A stretch of DNA of 64,000 bases from Epithemia pelagica (taxonomy: Eukaryota > Protista > Bacillariophyta), in contig OX337230.1 in the NCBI GenBank assembly GCA_946965045.2, positions 1,984,001 through 2,048,000 on the forward strand, written 5' to 3'. Below the pieces are notes generated by a model. That model ran no database searches, had not been told where the DNA came from, and saw nothing but the letters and a program-made list of their open reading frames with translations. Positions 59,750-64,000 of the stretch are shown piece after piece (position 1 is the first letter of the stretch; each line of letters opens with the position of its first letter). The position numbers and the translations under genes were made by a program.

Positions 59750-60535
59750 ATGGAGTCCCCTACAGAGCGGCAACCGTCCAAGCGCTTTAAACACAACACA
59801 CCACAATCTGAAGCAAAATGTTTGTTCATAGAAGATGAAGACGAACAAGTTTTCAAGAAGGAATGCAAGGCGGCCTCTTCTCCGTTGTTCCTTAGCCCTC
59901 TGGGCAACAAATTGGTTATTGCTGCAGAAGCGAAAGGAGAACCAATTGATTTGCTCGAAATCAACAAGAAAGTTATTGAACACGACGTTCAAGAAATGAT
60001 TGATGAAGACAACAAGTTGCTCGATCTGGATTCCAGCAAGACTACCACTCAAGAAAGCGATGCCAAACCGCCTGCTGCAGGCCAGACTATTACCGCACAG
60101 AAGAAGAAGAAAGACAAAAAAGCAGAGAAGAAAGGTGATGTGAAGACCGAGATCGAAGCAGCTCCATTTATTCCGCACAATGCAGACGAGATCTGTGACG
60201 AATGTGGACTCAGTCCCTGCGAAGCAGAAACATACAAGGTTCTCCTACAGAAGGCAGGGGATGAAGTGTCAAAGAAAAACAACCATCATAACAGGGCTAC
60301 TCGCCACCACTTGTACAAGCTATACACCGCTACCAAGTATGGCAAACTCGGGCGATCACATCGCGTTCGGATTCCAGAATGCGTGGAAGAATCTATTCAT
60401 GATATGTTCCCCGATCCAAACAACGAGTATACTGGATTTCGACATTCTATCGGAGAATTGCAAGGCGACGACTACGACCGCTTGATGGTAGATGAACAAC
60501 CAGCCAACTACTCTGATTCTTCAGACGACGAATAA
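59750..60535 (+). CDS. Transposon passenger ORF (261 aa) with C-terminal P2X7-ballast-like motif
   Basis: Intact ORF inside the TIRs, convergent with the transposase. CDECGLSPC, then RHHLYKLY..YG-x9-IPEC..I..FP..YTGF. Confidence 0.75.
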   Translation: MESPTERQPSKRFKHNTPQSEAKCLFIEDEDEQVFKKECKAASSPLFLSPLGNKLVIAAEAKGEPIDLLEINKKVIEHDVQEMIDEDNKLLDLDSSKTTTQESDAKPPAAGQTITAQKKKKDKKAEKKGDVKTEIEAAPFIPHNADEICDECGLSPCEAETYKVLLQKAGDEVSKKNNHHNRATRHHLYKLYTATKYGKLGRSHRVRIPECVEESIHDMFPDPNNEYTGFRHSIGELQGDDYDRLMVDEQPANYSDSSDDE

Positions 60536-60691
60536 GGTAAACATATTTACTATAGAATGACTTCTCATCTTCTTTTTAGATGTAAATACTCGTACGACAT
60601 GGATTTTTTTTTAGAACTTGCTGCAATACATGAATGTAGTGCTCATTGGTGCTGATGTAGTGTTCGTGGATGCTTTTGCAGCTTTGGTCAT

Positions 60692-62934
60692 CTATCCAAA
60701 TTTTCGGACTTGGTTTTCCTTGGCACAAATTCCCTTCTGGGCTTTCTCCTTCTGTTTCTCGGTTGGAGTGTCATATCCTTCCACGTTCCAGTCCAAGACG
60801 TGGGGGTTTTCCGAATGGTACTCGTCCAAGCGATCATGAATCTTCTTACATTCATCATTGTAGTTCTTTATATTGTAATAGTTGTGATACAGGCTGAAAC
60901 ACTCCGGATGGAAGCATTTCTGGCACTGCACACAACCATAAACTGTCAACGGGTTGGCCGTTGCAGTATCGCCCATAATCCGGCAAAGGTGACAGACGCC
61001 ACGATGTTTGGATCCCTTCTTACTGTTCTTGTCAGGATTGACCGTGAAAATGTGATGATGCAATGCAGACTCGTACTTGATGAGGTTTTTTGCTCCGATT
61101 GCTGTCTCATCGTCGTCCTCTTCAACAGATCCCAAACTTGATCCACCTGCCCTTGACCGGACAGCGGAAGCCGGCACAGAGCCACTACTCGGTGGCGTTC
61201 CCTTCTTACGACCTGATTTCGGTGTTCTTTTGCCCTGTTGGTATAGTTCTGCATAGGGAGAGCAAAGAGCGCAGGCAAGTTGGCGCTTGAACTCGCGAAG
61301 TTTCATTACATTTGACCGTTTCCCATCGTCATCCTCCTCGACTTCTATGAGCTTCATTTGGTGCAACTTGAGATAGACTTGAAAGGCATTCAGGATACAG
61401 AGATCCTGAAGGAAGTGCCATACTTGGAGCGATAACTGATATTCTTTTCTACGACATGCATTGGTGGCTCTCATTTGATCTGCACGATCTACACCGTTCA
61501 TGAACAGGTTGTAGGCCACAACCGGTGCTGGTGCTTTGAATGCATGTCGGATGTGCATTGAATGACCAATCCATCGCCAGAGGGTTGCCAACCCATGCAC
61601 CTTCTCCACAGCTTCCTCATCATTGTCATACAGCAACGTTTTGGACGGAGTTCCAAAAAGATCGTTGGTGTAGAAGACAACTGGTTTTTTGTCTAAGTAG
61701 ACAATATATCCACAACAGTCTGCCGCTATGGCATATTCCTTCTCGATCTCCACTATATCTGACAACTCAAAGCCAACTTTCATGCGTGGCAATGTCTTGG
61801 AGTACTCTTTTTGTTTTTCCTTTTGCTTTTGCTTTTCCTTTTCAGGATGCACAACGGCGTTGAATGCCTTCACTAACACCCAAGAACCACGAGGCTTTCC
61901 ATCAATCGCTCGTCCCAAAGAGTGCCTTGTGTAAAAATTATCCATGTACACAATGGTAGGTGGGATCTTCTCTCTGGGACGAGTGGACTTGGCAGAGACG
62001 AGTGCACGATACAATAAGCCAAGCATGAGAACCCACAACATACTTGCAGAATCAACTGCCACAGGACAAGCATTTCTGATACGAGATTTTGTTGCTTGAA
62101 GGAACAAGTCAGTTCGCCAAACAACTTCAAAAACTGTTCTGCAGGCGTTTGATTGACTGTGTTGCCGGAACCATTGTCCCAAAGGCCAAAGGTGTATGTA
62201 TAAGTCCATCCCACTACAGCGTAATATCGAATGGCAAACTTGTCGGGCTTCGAAGGGATGTATGTCGAAGCCCTGGTCCTGGCTTTGGTCGGGCAACTTG
62301 CTTCGTCGAGAGCAATAGGACCAATGGGTTGAGCAACTGAAGCAAAGTTACGAAGAATATGGCTCTTTGCAGCTCTCATTGACCACAGAGGGTCGTCAGG
62401 ATTCTTTGCCATCGACTGAGAGTATATGCGAAGAGAACCACGAATGGCTACAAAGGTATCTCTCGACATGGTAGAAGAGAAAGCAGAAGAGCCCAAGAAC
62501 ATCTTTTGACTCCACAACTCCTTCATTTGTGTAGAGTTACAGAGCGACATCGCAATGTCCAATCCCAACACACACCGAAGAGCTTTTGTGGTGAGTACAA
62601 TTTTGGCTCTCTGTCCACTCTGCTTCTCTTCCAAGGCCTGTTTCGTTGCTTTGAACATGAATCGATCGATGAACCGAGGAGGGATAAAGAGGAGGAATAG
62701 TCCTAATGGACCAGACTCCAAGAAGGCTTGTTGGCATGCCTTTGGATCATGTAGGTGAAGATCTGAGGAGGCGATTTGGTTGTCGATGTATTGGTTCTCG
62801 CTTCGGTTCTTGGAAATATCCCCCAACTTGACCTTGCCATCACGGTGCAGACTTGTAATTACGTCGTCGTCCTCTTCATTAGCATCGTCATTGTCATAGT
62901 TGAGCCGGACAGCGGCGTCAGAGGTACTTTCCAT
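60692..62934 (-). pseudogene. piggyBac (PGBD) DDD transposase, frameshifted
   Basis: Motifs MSRDTF, ALDE, PSKPDKFAIR, YMDNFYT, YNLFMNGVDRADQMR and a C-terminal Cys-rich domain (CHLC..CVQCQKCFHPECF). Split over ORFs 61873..63003 and 60692..62296, with the frame change near 62085. Confidence 0.9.
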
Positions 62935-63242
62935 GGTTGAAAGAGACGATGGAGGTGCCTGGGTACAAAAATGAGTGGTGTGAAATTTCAGAAAAAACAG
63001 CAAAACTCAACAAGTAACTGGCAGATCATGATGGTCCGACCACCCATCGATAGAACACACTAAGACGCATCTATGGTAACAAACAGTACTCCGATAACAG
63101 AGAAGTCATTGACATATGATCGTTGCAAAATCTCAATTTTGGCAATTGATGATATTGTCATCATTTTTTGAATCACGAGTTGTTGGTCATAACTCACGTG
63201 GTGTTTTGTTAAATGGATTGCAATTTTGTTAACTATTTTTGA

Positions 63243-63291
63243 TGACAAATTTGTCAGTGACCGGGCCAAAAAAAGTGCCGGGCTGAAAGGG
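63243..63291 (-). repeat. piggyBac end (right): internal repeat TGACAAATTTGTCAG + 18-bp spacer + 16-bp TIR
   Basis: Read directly from the sequence. Confidence 0.9.
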
Positions 63292-63459
63292 TTAACAGAA
63301 CTTAATAGAAATTTAGCAGAAAAAATCAAGACCCGATTGGAATAAAAACAGAAAAAGACTTCTCTCACATTATTTGAAATTTGAATACCCGATCATCCTC
63401 CTATACGTTGTATTACAATAACAGAATATAGGGTAACCTTACTCCTATCCCTATCCTAT

Positions 63460-63631
63460 TGTTGAAATTGTGGCCCATATTTGGCAATGAACGACGAATG
63501 TGTGGAATCTACCACGGCTATGTGGCCGATTTTGGTGGGAGCTGTGTACGACTCCCATCTGTGATCCAAGGTAGATTTGTCTGTAATGAACGTATAATCT
63601 TTCTGATAAGCGAACTTTTAGCAGTTTATCA
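63460..63631 (+). repeat. Putative 5' LTR of the Copia element
   Basis: Starts TGTTG and ends ..TATCA, about 40 bp before the gag ATG. The second LTR is outside the window, so the bounds are unverified. Confidence 0.5.
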
Positions 63632-64000
63632 GACCCATTCGTTCCGTTTTTTCGAGTGAACTACATCACCATGGTACTAACTGCTGCCCAGACGACGTCT
63701 TTCTTTCAAGATGCCGATCAAATGGGCATTCCCCAAGCAACGGTAACTCAACTTCAAGTTGAAGGAATTGGCACAATCCCTGACCTAGCTGATTTTGACA
63801 AGGAAACACTCCAGCAAGTGGCCGACAACTTACGGAAACCGGGTGGCAGAGTTCCAGATCCAAACCCTGGGGCAGCTGCAGGAGCAACAATTCCGACACC
63901 ACCATTCGTATTCGGCGCCAAGTCACAACACCGTCTAACTGTGGCATGTGAATTGGTACACTATTATAACACTGTTGGACGTGATCTGACCTCTGGGAAC
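63460..64000 (+). mobile_element. Ty1/Copia LTR retrotransposon (diatom CoDi-type), 5' end; gag starts at ATG 63671
   Basis: My translation is MVLTAAQTTSFFQDADQMGIPQATVTQLQVEGIGTIPDLADFDKETLQQVADNLRKPGG...PFVFGAKSQHRL, open to the window end. It resembles diatom CoDi gag N-termini from memory. Confidence 0.75.

Larger units (their letters stand above)
59525..63291 (-). mobile_element. piggyBac-family DNA transposon, 3767 bp, flanked by TTAA duplications
   Basis: TTAA(59521-24)+CCCTTTCAGCCCGGCA ... TGCCGGGCTGAAAGGG+TTAA(63292-95), a perfect 16-bp TIR pair. Encloses a PGBD transposase and a second ORF. Confidence 0.95.

Noticed and set aside
59597-60178. 193-aa antisense ORF inside the piggyBac
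   Set aside because: Phe/Leu-rich mirror of the Lys/Glu-rich passenger ORF.

Overview
Gene-dense eukaryotic genomic DNA, most likely from a pennate diatom. This is inferred from short GT-AG introns, bipartite signal+transit presequences with ASAF-like cleavage sites, a PyShell-family gene and a diatom-type Copia gag. The window holds about 27 host genes, mostly housekeeping: glucosidase II beta (partial), mTERF, two MGDG synthases, a mitochondrial carrier, RNR small subunit, SET protein, prolyl hydroxylase, FAD monooxygenase, MgtE-like transporter, FGGY kinase, metallophosphoesterase, PyShell-like protein, SRPK, ARP1, HSF-type factor, mitochondrial bS18, acid phosphatase and CASP. It also holds one tRNA-Gly(GCC) and three mobile elements: a 5'-truncated, decayed RT-RNase H non-LTR retrotransposon (about 33.8-37.95 kb), a fully bounded 3767-bp piggyBac (TTAA/TIR, 59525-63291) and the start of a Copia LTR element at the right edge. 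Two observations stand out. (1) The piggyBac carries a second, intact, convergent ORF whose C-terminus aligns without gaps to the P2X7 cytoplasmic 'ballast' motif as I recall it, while its transposase is broken. (2) An intronless, bacterial-type DUF262(GmrSD-N)+HNH nuclease gene has an apparent plastid-targeting presequence and sits beside local duplications. All family assignments come from motif recognition by eye; no database searches were run.
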